Source: a virus. From it: a stretch of DNA of 64,000 nucleotides. A model generated the notes under the pieces. The model did not search any database. It saw only the letters and a program-made list of their open reading frames with translations, and was not told where the DNA came from. Where the stretch lies: positions 1-64,000 of the IMG/VR virus record IMGVR_UViG_3300017963_000230. The stretch is one strand, 5' to 3'. Of this stretch, positions 24,591 to 33,044 are shown in pieces (within the stretch, counting starts at the first letter, position 1; each line of letters begins with the position of its first letter). Made by a program: the position numbers and the translations under genes.

Positions 24591-24744
24591 GAATGCCCTT
24601 AAGCAGGGTGTCCGACACTTCCGAAAGTCAGATAACAAATTTCTACCCACCGTGGAGTCCATATTAATTGCTCTACGCACAGAAGGCGGCGTAAAAAAGT
24701 TATTACCTGAACGCAGAAGTAAAGGAGGAATAATCCTACCTTGA
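24529..24744 (+). CDS. Hypothetical protein
   Basis: AAAAGGAG SD before ATG 24529. Overlaps the previous ORF by 62 nt. Confidence 0.5.
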   Translation: MSSKLVRNPEQDARKLIMTIENALKQGVRHFRKSDNKFLPTVESILIALRTEGGVKKLLPERRSKGGIILP

Positions 24745-24968
24745 AAATATACTTCGCGGCAGTGGGAAGTGACCTCTGGGAGCATCATGTACGGGCCTTG
24801 CATGGTGCTACCCAGAGAGTCCTTTTTAGTTACTATGATTTAGAACATGGAGGCTTTCAATTTCGCAGAAAGAGCTGGGAGTTAGCAACAGGAATACCTT
24901 ATGAAAGGGGGAAGCTAAATGGAACTAATGGAAAAGAACGACCTGCTGGAGATACTCCAAGCAGTTAA
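24741..24968 (+). CDS. Small protein, paralogue family member 2
   Basis: TTG start after an AAAGGAGG SD. MKIYFAAVGS...QRVLFSYYD. Confidence 0.55.
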   Translation: MKIYFAAVGSDLWEHHVRALHGATQRVLFSYYDLEHGGFQFRRKSWELATGIPYERGKLNGTNGKERPAGDTPSS

Positions 24969-25935
24969 ACCTGGACTGGCAAGCAAGGGAATCATAGAAC
25001 AGTTTACTCATTTCATTTTCAGTGGCAACGCAGTGATGACATATAATGATGAAATCTGTGTAAGCCATCCTCTCCAAACTGACTTCCAATGTAGCGTCAT
25101 AGCTGATGATCTGTATAAAACCCTAACTGGCACCCGTGGGAACCAAGCTGTTAAACTTGAAATGGAAGATGATAAAATGCTCGTTAAAACGAGCAGCAGG
25201 GAGGCGAAGTTGAGCACAGAAGTGGAGAGGGATGCAGAGAAGATGATCGAAATGCTGGAATTGGATAAAATAGAAGAATGGCAGAGGCTACCAAGGGAGT
25301 TCGTAAAAGGAATGTTCCTCTGCATGTTTAGCGCCAGTAAGGACATGACAAAGGGAGCAGGCACCTGTGTATATGTAAACGACACTTACCTTGCAAGCTC
25401 TGATGAAGCACGTATCTCCCTTTATACACTTCCCTCAGGCACAGGATTCTCTACGCTGATACCAGCTAGGTCGGTAGCTGACTTGATCAATTTTGACATC
25501 ACTAAAGTTTGTCTGAAGAAGAATTGGGTGCATTTTAAGACTGGCAAAGATGTTACGTTTTCAGCAAGGGTGATGGAAGATAAATACCCTGACGTTTTAG
25601 AATACTTTGACGTTCAGGGCACAGAACTCACACTACCTACAGAGCTAAAGCCCTTAATAGAATCTGTAGTGTTTATGGCGGAAGGTAAGATTGATTTAGA
25701 CAAACGGGTTGAAGTGATTATAGAGAAGGACAAGATAAAGTGCAAGGCAGAGAAGAGCGTAGGGGAGATTGAGGACTTCGTTGACTTCGAAAGTGATAAG
25801 GAGTTCCATTTCTTCATCAACCCTTTCTTCCTCAGCCAAGTACTTGAGAAAGCAACCACAATGGTTGCCACAGATGACCTAGCTTACTTTAAGAGCGAAC
25901 GATTTCAACATATAATTAGCTTACCGGAACAATAA
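24919..25935 (+). CDS. Sliding clamp (DnaN-like)
   Basis: About 338 aa. N-terminal DLLEILQAVKPGLASKGIIEQFTHFIFSGNAVMTYNDEI resembles the clamp domain I pattern. Lies upstream of the polymerase. Confidence 0.5.
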   Translation: MELMEKNDLLEILQAVKPGLASKGIIEQFTHFIFSGNAVMTYNDEICVSHPLQTDFQCSVIADDLYKTLTGTRGNQAVKLEMEDDKMLVKTSSREAKLSTEVERDAEKMIEMLELDKIEEWQRLPREFVKGMFLCMFSASKDMTKGAGTCVYVNDTYLASSDEARISLYTLPSGTGFSTLIPARSVADLINFDITKVCLKKNWVHFKTGKDVTFSARVMEDKYPDVLEYFDVQGTELTLPTELKPLIESVVFMAEGKIDLDKRVEVIIEKDKIKCKAEKSVGEIEDFVDFESDKEFHFFINPFFLSQVLEKATTMVATDDLAYFKSERFQHIISLPEQ

Positions 25936-25936
25936 G

Positions 25937-26128
25937 ATGCAAGTTCTTTTCTACCTACTTGGATGGTTTTTCCTATTTTTAATAGGTATAGTGAGTTGGA
26001 ATGAAATACATAACTTTAGATACGATTGGATTTCTACCCAACCTCTATCTGACATTGGAGAAATTAAAGTGCTGCTTTGGTCAATATTATCCTTTGTACT
26101 TGGAATCATCTATAAGATAAGCAAATGA
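25937..26128 (+). CDS. Small membrane protein (2 transmembrane helices)
   Basis: VLFYLLGWFFLFLIGIV and VLLWSILSFVLGIIY. ATGA overlap with paralogue 3. Confidence 0.6.
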   Translation: MQVLFYLLGWFFLFLIGIVSWNEIHNFRYDWISTQPLSDIGEIKVLLWSILSFVLGIIYKISK

Positions 26129-26316
26129 AAATCTACTTTGCAGGAGTACCAGCAGGGCTACAACGCACACGGGAAGAAGGGCTGGAAGCATCTGGAATCA
26201 AAAACAGACTTGTAACCTTCTTCTACCTCAAGAAGTGCCTCATCACGCTGAAACACTACAAACGGATAGAGGAAATTAACTACAAAGGAGTGAACGACTT
26301 CAGCAATGGCAAATAA
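26125..26316 (+). CDS. Small protein, paralogue family member 3
   Basis: MKIYFAGVPAG...NRLVTFFY. Confidence 0.55.
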   Translation: MKIYFAGVPAGLQRTREEGLEASGIKNRLVTFFYLKKCLITLKHYKRIEEINYKGVNDFSNGK

Positions 26317-28951
26317 AGGTTTCTTTACATTCGAAAAGAAGGCACCACGAAAGTCAGCTCTTGATATAAAATATAACACACCAGGAGAGCCTGATTGCAA
26401 GGCATGTGGGCTACATACTTGGCCTAAGACACCTAAAATGCCTGTAGGTGGAAAGGGTGAAAAAGGAATCTTCATACTATGTGAAGAGCCTGGGGAAACG
26501 GAAGACATAAAAGGAACACAGCTGGTGGGGGAGGCTGGCACTTTCTTAGCCAATAAATTATCATCTTTAGGAATCAGTCTACATCGCGATTGCTACATGC
26601 TTAACGCTATCAACTGCCGCAAGCCCAAGAACGCAAAGCCCTCCATGAAAGAGATAAACTGCTGCCGTCCTTATGTTCTCAAAGCACTGGAAGAATATAA
26701 ATTTGACCACCTCTGGACAATGGGAGGCTATGCGATAGACAGCTTATATGGAGATAGGTTTGACAAGCGAGCAATAACAAGGTGGAGAGGGTTGCATGTG
26801 CCTGATATGAAACACATGCTCTGGGTACATCCTATGTTTCACCCCAGTTGGGCTATGAGAGGACAAAAGGATCCCAACATACAAGCTACCTTTGAAAGAG
26901 ATCTAAAGGAAGCCCTTAAATGGAAAACTCCACTACCTCTATATAAAAATTATGAAAAGAATGTTCATTTGCTTTACAAAATAAAAGAGGTTGAGGAATT
27001 AGTCCATAAAATACTGGATATGAATAATGCTATCATGTCCTTCGACTACGAAACTACAGGTCGTAAACCATTTAAACCTGAGCACAGGATTCACTGTGTA
27101 GGTCTCTCTTTTGATGAAGATGCTTATGTGTTTCCCTTAGAGAAGCCTAACTATTGGAAAGAAAATGAGCAAAATAAAGTGCTAAGGTTATGGAGAAGAG
27201 TTCTAACATGGGAACCCGTAAAGAAAATAGCCCACAATGTAGCATATGAGGACCTCTGGAGCACAATAAGAGCTGGAGTTAGACCTCGAAACTTGAGCTG
27301 GTGTACGATGAACACAGCTCACTTAATAGACGATAGGAAATACTTTACTGGGCTCAAATTTCAAACCTTCCTCAATTTTGGTGTTGAGGGGTATGAAGAT
27401 GAGATTAGACCTTACCTAGAAACGGACAACACAGTAGAGTATAATGATATTGATAATGCACCACTTGAAAAGCTGATGCTTTACTGTGGGATGGATTGTA
27501 TCTTCACTCGCAAACTGTATTTCCTACAGAAACAATATTTAGAGCAAAATTTAGAGCTTGAAAGAGCCCGCAGCTTCTACCAACGCTCTATCTACACCTT
27601 CAATAATATGCAACGGCGTGGGGTTCCTGTTGATATAAATTACTACAAAAAGGAGGATGTCAGGCTTGAGAATAAGATGAAGAGGCTGGATAGAATGATA
27701 CTAAATTCTCCTGAAGCAAAAAAGTTCAGATCTAAGACAGGTAAGCCCTTCAACCATAGCTCAGGCTCTGACGTTCGCCACTTACTGTTCAATATCTTAA
27801 AATATCCTCCTGTTAAGAAAACTAAAACAGGTCAGCAGGAGAGTGTAGACGTTGAGGTATTAGACGAGATAAATACTGATTTCACTCAGAGAATATTACA
27901 GCACAGGCGATCTAAAAAGATCAAAGATACCTACTTAGCACAATTTCTAAGGGAGGAATACAATGGACGAGTCCACAGCTTCTTTAATCTTCATATCGCT
28001 CGCACTTACCGTAGTAGCTCAAACAATCCTAATCTGCATAATATTCCGGTCCGTGAAGAGGATGCAAAACGTACTTGTAGAACTGGAATCATCCCTTCAG
28101 ATGACTTTAGATTTATTGAGTCTGACTATGGAAGCCAAGAAGTCAGAATCGCTGGATGCTATACAGAGGACCCTGAATGGATAAACTATATCGTCACCCC
28201 AGGTGCTGACATGCACCGTGATTGTGCGGCAGAGGTATTTAAGTTGGACAGTAAGCAGGTTACGGGTGCAGTAAGATTTTACAGTAAGAATCAATGGGTA
28301 TTTCCACAGTTATATGGCTCCTACTATGGTAATTGTGCAAAGCACCTCTGGAGTTCAGTTGTAGAAGGAGGACTGAAAACAGTTGAAGGTGAGCTAATGA
28401 AAGAGTGGTTAAGATCTAAAGACATAGCCTCTTATGATCGCTTTGAGACTCACTGTAAGAACTACGAACGCCGTTACTGGAACCGTTTTAAGAAAACTAA
28501 ACAATGGCAAGAAAAGGTGATTCGTGATTATGTAAAAAAGGGATATGTAACTACTTATTTTGGACATAGAAGGAGTGGCTACTTATCCATGAATGAAGTT
28601 ATCAACACACCTATACAGGCAACCGCTTTTCACTGCCTACTGTGGTCATGTAACAGGTGTGATGACATAGCAAGGGATGAAAACTGGGACAGCGAGTTGC
28701 TCAGTCAAGTACATGACAGTATGATGTTTGATACTTATCCTCCTGAACAAGAGATGGTGGTTGAAACTATACGCCAAGTAGCAGAGAAAGACATACGAGA
28801 TGAATTTGATTGGATTATTGTACCACTTATAATGGAATTTGAATTTACACCTATCAATGCTAATTGGTACACGAAAGAGGAAGTGACGATGAATAAGAAT
28901 GGTGACTTCGTAGGTGTAGAGTCAGGAAAGATATATGATTTAAATTATTGA
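26306..28951 (+). CDS. Family A DNA polymerase with 3'-5' exonuclease and an N-terminal UDG-fold (family 4-like) domain
   Basis: UDG-like CEEPGETEDIKGTQLVGEAG and HPMFHPSW. Exo motifs FDYETTG, HNVAYED, YCGMDC. Pol motifs DYGSQEVRIAG, RFYSKNQWVFPQLYG, QVHDSMMFD. Confidence 0.85.
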   Translation: MANKGFFTFEKKAPRKSALDIKYNTPGEPDCKACGLHTWPKTPKMPVGGKGEKGIFILCEEPGETEDIKGTQLVGEAGTFLANKLSSLGISLHRDCYMLNAINCRKPKNAKPSMKEINCCRPYVLKALEEYKFDHLWTMGGYAIDSLYGDRFDKRAITRWRGLHVPDMKHMLWVHPMFHPSWAMRGQKDPNIQATFERDLKEALKWKTPLPLYKNYEKNVHLLYKIKEVEELVHKILDMNNAIMSFDYETTGRKPFKPEHRIHCVGLSFDEDAYVFPLEKPNYWKENEQNKVLRLWRRVLTWEPVKKIAHNVAYEDLWSTIRAGVRPRNLSWCTMNTAHLIDDRKYFTGLKFQTFLNFGVEGYEDEIRPYLETDNTVEYNDIDNAPLEKLMLYCGMDCIFTRKLYFLQKQYLEQNLELERARSFYQRSIYTFNNMQRRGVPVDINYYKKEDVRLENKMKRLDRMILNSPEAKKFRSKTGKPFNHSSGSDVRHLLFNILKYPPVKKTKTGQQESVDVEVLDEINTDFTQRILQHRRSKKIKDTYLAQFLREEYNGRVHSFFNLHIARTYRSSSNNPNLHNIPVREEDAKRTCRTGIIPSDDFRFIESDYGSQEVRIAGCYTEDPEWINYIVTPGADMHRDCAAEVFKLDSKQVTGAVRFYSKNQWVFPQLYGSYYGNCAKHLWSSVVEGGLKTVEGELMKEWLRSKDIASYDRFETHCKNYERRYWNRFKKTKQWQEKVIRDYVKKGYVTTYFGHRRSGYLSMNEVINTPIQATAFHCLLWSCNRCDDIARDENWDSELLSQVHDSMMFDTYPPEQEMVVETIRQVAEKDIRDEFDWIIVPLIMEFEFTPINANWYTKEEVTMNKNGDFVGVESGKIYDLNY

Positions 28952-28960
28952 TGGTGAATT

Positions 28961-29104
28961 ATGGGATATGTACCACCAAGTCTAAAACCAAGCCCAGGAA
29001 TTAACTGGCACAAAATAGGTAATATTGTGTGGAGAGCTATTGGTTTAATCTGCATGACGGCCTTATTTACCACCTGTGTATTAAGGCTGTTTGATAAAAT
29101 ATGA
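28961..29104 (+). CDS. Micro-ORF, 47 aa, one transmembrane helix
   Basis: IVWRAIGLICMTALFTTCVL. ATGA overlap with paralogue 4, the same arrangement as 25937/26125. Confidence 0.45.
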   Translation: MGYVPPSLKPSPGINWHKIGNIVWRAIGLICMTALFTTCVLRLFDKI

Positions 29105-29298
29105 AACTCTACTTAGCAGGCAATCCAGGACATGGCAAAGCAGGCTTACACCGTGAGGCTTACTTCAGAAAGGTAAAAGCACGGTTGGTGATGTCTTACT
29201 TTTGGGTACGTGAAGGTGGTGACTTCAACAGATACTTTAGGAGGATGATTGATGGACACAATGGAAATGATCCAAGAAGCCTACACAAGAGTAGCTGA
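29101..29298 (+). CDS. Small protein, paralogue family member 4
   Basis: MKLYLAGNPGHG...ARLVMSYFW. Confidence 0.55.
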   Translation: MKLYLAGNPGHGKAGLHREAYFRKVKARLVMSYFWVREGGDFNRYFRRMIDGHNGNDPRSLHKSS

Positions 29299-29401
29299 TG
29301 GTCAGAAGAGAATTGACCTTTATGAGGACCACACAACGGTGAAAGCATACTGGGTAGGTAAGATTATTCGTATTGACATCAAGGAGGAACAAGATGGCTA
29401 A
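29252..29401 (+). CDS. Small hypothetical protein (49 aa)
   Basis: AGGAGG SD 7 nt upstream. Overlaps the 3' end of 29101-29298. Confidence 0.4.
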   Translation: MDTMEMIQEAYTRVADGQKRIDLYEDHTTVKAYWVGKIIRIDIKEEQDG

Positions 29402-29591
29402 ACAATACAAACACGAAGGTAAGAGGGAATATGATTTTGAAGGTAGATGTGGGAAGTGTGGAACCAGACTCTTGATTGTATTGAAAAGGATGCCGCCCTA
29501 TAGTGTAAAACTCACAGTTGTTCCATGCAAACTTCACCCAGAAGAATCAGTAATATTATGGCCACAAAGGGAGGACCTAATTCATGAGTGA
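29394..29591 (+). CDS. Small zinc-ribbon-like protein
   Basis: AAGGAGG SD. GRCGKCGTRL...VPCKLH. Confidence 0.6.
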   Translation: MAKQYKHEGKREYDFEGRCGKCGTRLLIVLKRMPPYSVKLTVVPCKLHPEESVILWPQREDLIHE

Positions 29592-30156
29592 AAAAAAGAT
29601 GCTCTTTCTCGACGTTGAAACCACAGGTATATTTGAAAGTAAACATCACATATGGGAATTAGGGTGCATACTTGATGTAGATGGGGTGCAGAAAGATAAG
29701 TTCCATATGAAGGCACGACCTCCTAAAGGTGCTCCTATTAATACAGAAGCCCTCACAGCATGTGGTAAAACAGTGGAGGAAATCTGTAACTATAAAAACA
29801 CACAGATAGAACTCAAAGAGATGTTTGAAGCATGGCTGAGTGAATGGGTTGACAAGTTTGATAGTGATGATAAAATGTTCTTTGTAGCTTACAATGCTGA
29901 GTTTGATTACAGGTTCTGCCGACGCCTCTGGATGAACCATGACGACAAATTCTTTGGTAGCTTCTTTTGGTTTCCCTATTTAGACGTGATGACAATAGCT
30001 GCCTGGGCTTTGCAAGACAAACGTGGTCTGTTACCTAACTTTAGGTTAAATACATTGGCAAAAGCGATGGGTTTTGAAATGAAAGATGATAATTTTCATG
30101 GTGCTATGTTCGACGCTCGTGTCGTTAGGCGTATATATTATAAGTTAGAAGGTTAA
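29584..30156 (+). CDS. DEDDh 3'-5' exonuclease (DnaQ-like)
   Basis: LFLDVETTG, FVAYNAEFDYRF, FHGAMFDARV. Confidence 0.75.
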   Translation: MSEKKMLFLDVETTGIFESKHHIWELGCILDVDGVQKDKFHMKARPPKGAPINTEALTACGKTVEEICNYKNTQIELKEMFEAWLSEWVDKFDSDDKMFFVAYNAEFDYRFCRRLWMNHDDKFFGSFFWFPYLDVMTIAAWALQDKRGLLPNFRLNTLAKAMGFEMKDDNFHGAMFDARVVRRIYYKLEG

Positions 30157-30181
30157 GTGGAAACATGTTAAGTATAGCGTA

Positions 30182-30220
30182 GCATTAAGCACAGGAAGTT
30201 CATGCAGAATTCAGCAAATA
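30182..30220 (+). promoter_or_regulatory. Conserved ~38-nt intergenic motif, copy C
   Basis: gcattaagcacaggaagttcatgcagaattcagcaaata, 17 nt before the SD-less ATG 30237. Confidence 0.6.
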
Positions 30221-30236
30221 AGAAAGCGAAAATATT

Positions 30237-31175
30237 ATGTCCAACATGCTATTAGACGAAAGCCTACCTGAAAAGTACAGACCCAAGACATTCGACGACT
30301 TCGTAGGCAATAAAACGCTGGTAGAAACGCTTAGGTCTTACACTAAAGATGATATAAAACACCATAGTTTCCTTTTCGCTGGTCCTAGTGGGTGTGGTAA
30401 AACAACCCTTGCTATGATTCTCAAAGACATCCTTGGCTGTCATGATAGGGACTTCCAATACCTAAATACTTCCAACACTAGGGGTATTGACACGATGAGA
30501 GAGATTGACATGCTCTCTAAGTTAAGACCTATGGGGGGTAAGGTTAAATTTTACATACTAGATGAGTGTCATAAACTCACTAATGAAGCTCAAAATGCTG
30601 TGCTCAGACTACTTGAAAAACCACCCAGCTTTGCTTACTTCGCCCTCTGCACTACCGAACCTGAAAAGCTACTCGACACCATCCGTAATCGCTGCCACAT
30701 TTATACAGTTAAAAGACTGGCAAGCCACGAAGTGGTGGGGTTGTTAAAGATAGTATGTGAGAAGGAGGGAATTAAATTTCCTGATCCTGTACTGCAAGAA
30801 ATTGCCAAAGTGAGTGAAGGCAGTTGTAGAGCGGCGCTGAAAACCCTTGACATGGTGCGCTACATAGAGAAGCCAAGGGAAGCTCTAAAGATGGTTCGTG
30901 AAGGCATTATTGGAGAAGCCACACTGAAGCAAATATGTCAAGGCTTAGTAGATGGTATAAGTTGGGCTAAAATGAGAACATATATAGTGGCTATTGAGGA
31001 CGATAAGCAGGAGAGCGCACGGGTAGGAATACTAAACTATTTAAGCAAAGTGCTGGTTGGTAGAAATGAGGACGATAGGTTAGCTGAAATAATCAGCCTT
31101 TTTATTGAACCATACTATAACACAGGAAAAAGGGCAGGTATAGTGTATTCATTATACTTGGCATGTAAATTATGA
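30237..31175 (+). CDS. Clamp loader AAA+ ATPase (RFC small subunit / DnaX-like)
   Basis: KYRPKTFDDFVGN, GPSGCGKTT, ILDECHKLT, RNRCHIY (SRC-like). Confidence 0.8.
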   Translation: MSNMLLDESLPEKYRPKTFDDFVGNKTLVETLRSYTKDDIKHHSFLFAGPSGCGKTTLAMILKDILGCHDRDFQYLNTSNTRGIDTMREIDMLSKLRPMGGKVKFYILDECHKLTNEAQNAVLRLLEKPPSFAYFALCTTEPEKLLDTIRNRCHIYTVKRLASHEVVGLLKIVCEKEGIKFPDPVLQEIAKVSEGSCRAALKTLDMVRYIEKPREALKMVREGIIGEATLKQICQGLVDGISWAKMRTYIVAIEDDKQESARVGILNYLSKVLVGRNEDDRLAEIISLFIEPYYNTGKRAGIVYSLYLACKL

Positions 31176-31306
31176 TTAGATCAATAATTACAACGATATT
31201 CTTTGTTTTTGGAATTATACTTATTGGGTTACACCTTAAAAGCATCTTCCTACCTTTAGGAATTCTAATGATTTTATTAGGTATACAGAATTTACTGGAA
31301 AGATAA
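31172..31306 (+). CDS. Micro-ORF, 44 aa, two hydrophobic segments
   Basis: ATGA overlap upstream and TAATG overlap downstream. IITTIFFVFGIILIGL and LPLGILMILLGI. Confidence 0.45.
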   Translation: MIRSIITTIFFVFGIILIGLHLKSIFLPLGILMILLGIQNLLER

Positions 31307-31809
31307 TGGAAACAGAAATGATATATGATGAAATAGATGTTGACAAGAACAACCTTGACGAAGAGTGGGAAAGACAGTCAAGGTCGAGCTTTGACTTTGG
31401 GAAAGACTTAGCAGATGCTAGGAAGGATATGGCAAATAAGAAACGCCTTATGGACTTGGCACTGGCAGACGCTATGGATTTCATTCTTCAAAACTATGAG
31501 GACTATGGATTAAATAAACAGCAGGCCAACAGCAGTACTTTTGTTCGTAACGCTGCGATGAAGAACGAAGAGTATCAAAAAGCCTACAGAGACTTTATTG
31601 ATGCAGAGCATGATGTAAATATTCTCCAGGCTGCGAGCTATGCCATGTTAGATAAGAAAATGGCGCTTGAGTATCTCACTCGTTTATTCTTAGCTGACTA
31701 CTTTACCACTGACACCACAGTAGACGATTACAGAAGGGAGCAGCTAAGGGAAAAGGTGGCTGATAATCCACGACTCAAGAGAAGGCAAGAAGATGGAACT
31801 ATTGATTGA
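31306..31809 (+). CDS. Hypothetical protein (the position suits a recombination mediator, unverified)
   Basis: 167-aa helical-looking product just upstream of the SSB and the RecA-like gene. Confidence 0.6.
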   Translation: METEMIYDEIDVDKNNLDEEWERQSRSSFDFGKDLADARKDMANKKRLMDLALADAMDFILQNYEDYGLNKQQANSSTFVRNAAMKNEEYQKAYRDFIDAEHDVNILQAASYAMLDKKMALEYLTRLFLADYFTTDTTVDDYRREQLREKVADNPRLKRRQEDGTID

Positions 31810-31993
31810 TACTTTAAGATCTATAATAGTGATATTGTTACTATTATTCTTTATATATATGGTGGTAAGACTCGTATCATATGCTTGGCATATAAGTAAA
31901 CAACAAGTAAGAAAACAATCTGACAGAGGAGGTAAAAATGGTATCAAAAATCAGAAGCAGAAAAACCCTACAACAGGATCTCCTAAAACGTAG
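31793..31993 (+). CDS. Small membrane protein
   Basis: IIVILLLLFFIYMVVRLV. Overlaps both neighbours. Confidence 0.4.
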   Translation: MELLIDTLRSIIVILLLLFFIYMVVRLVSYAWHISKQQVRKQSDRGGKNGIKNQKQKNPTTGSPKT

Positions 31994-33044
31994 CCAAGAG
32001 AGCTATGACAAAAAGGACGAAAGTGGTAGGTATGGATCATTCTTCAAGTCTAAAAGTGAACTTGGAAACAAAGAGTTTTGGAAGTGTGGAGAAGGAGAAC
32101 ACCAAATTGACATCATACCCTGGATTGCAGGCGACAATTATCCGACCAAGAGCTATGACATCAAAAGTGGTGACATTGCCATAGTACTTGACCTTTGGGT
32201 ACACTACAATGTAGGACCTAATGAGGATAGTGTAGTCTGTCCTGCTCGTAACTATGGTCTGCCTTGTCCTATCTGTGAGCACATAAATGAGATTAGAAAG
32301 CGGGACGATCTTACTGAGGATGAGATTAAAGAAAAAACATCCGAAAAGAACCCTAAGCGCCGCAGTATTTACCAGATCGTGTGCTATGACAGCCATGAGG
32401 AGGAGTCAAAAGGTGTGCAGATTTGGGACGTTGCTCATTTCTTCATGGAACGTCACTTGACCGAGCTTTCACAGAAGCCAAAGAGGGGAGGGTTTATCCC
32501 TTACGCTGATCCTGACGAAGGCAAACAGGTATACTTCAAACGAAAAGGACAGGGACAATTCAATACTGAGTACATGGCACATCAATTCCTAGACAGGGAA
32601 TATAAAGTGTCGGATGAAGTGTTGGACAGCACAATCTCCCTAGATCAAGGTATAATAGTTCTTACCTATGAAGAACTGAAACGTAAATATTGGGGTGGAG
32701 AGGATATACCTGCTACCAGTCCAGAAGAGGAAGAGGAACAACCAAAAGCTACACGGGCTACACGACGGCCTCCAGTACAGGAAGAGGAAGAACCTGAAAC
32801 TGAGGAAAGACAGCCGGATGAGGAAGAAGAACAGCAGGAACCTGAGGAACAACCTACACGCAGGAGAGTGCGGAAACCTCAGCAAGAAGAACAACCTGAA
32901 GAGGAAGAAGAGAATGGAAACAAATGTCCAGCAGGCGGTGTTTTTGGCAAGGACATAGACAAACCTCTACCTGAATGTGACGACTGCAAAGTATGGGATG
33001 ATTGTGCGGCAGAGGCAGACAGGTTGGAAAAAGGAGGTAAGTAA
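31938..33044 (+). CDS. gp32-like single-stranded DNA-binding protein with an acidic tail and an extra C-terminal Cys cluster
   Basis: FWKCGEGEHQIDIIPW, CPARNYGLPCPICEHI (compare T4 gp32 SCPVCQYI), KRRSIYQIV, long EEEE tail, then CPAGG...CDDCKVWDDC. Confidence 0.55.
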   Translation: MVSKIRSRKTLQQDLLKRSQESYDKKDESGRYGSFFKSKSELGNKEFWKCGEGEHQIDIIPWIAGDNYPTKSYDIKSGDIAIVLDLWVHYNVGPNEDSVVCPARNYGLPCPICEHINEIRKRDDLTEDEIKEKTSEKNPKRRSIYQIVCYDSHEEESKGVQIWDVAHFFMERHLTELSQKPKRGGFIPYADPDEGKQVYFKRKGQGQFNTEYMAHQFLDREYKVSDEVLDSTISLDQGIIVLTYEELKRKYWGGEDIPATSPEEEEEQPKATRATRRPPVQEEEEPETEERQPDEEEEQQEPEEQPTRRRVRKPQQEEQPEEEEENGNKCPAGGVFGKDIDKPLPECDDCKVWDDCAAEADRLEKGGK

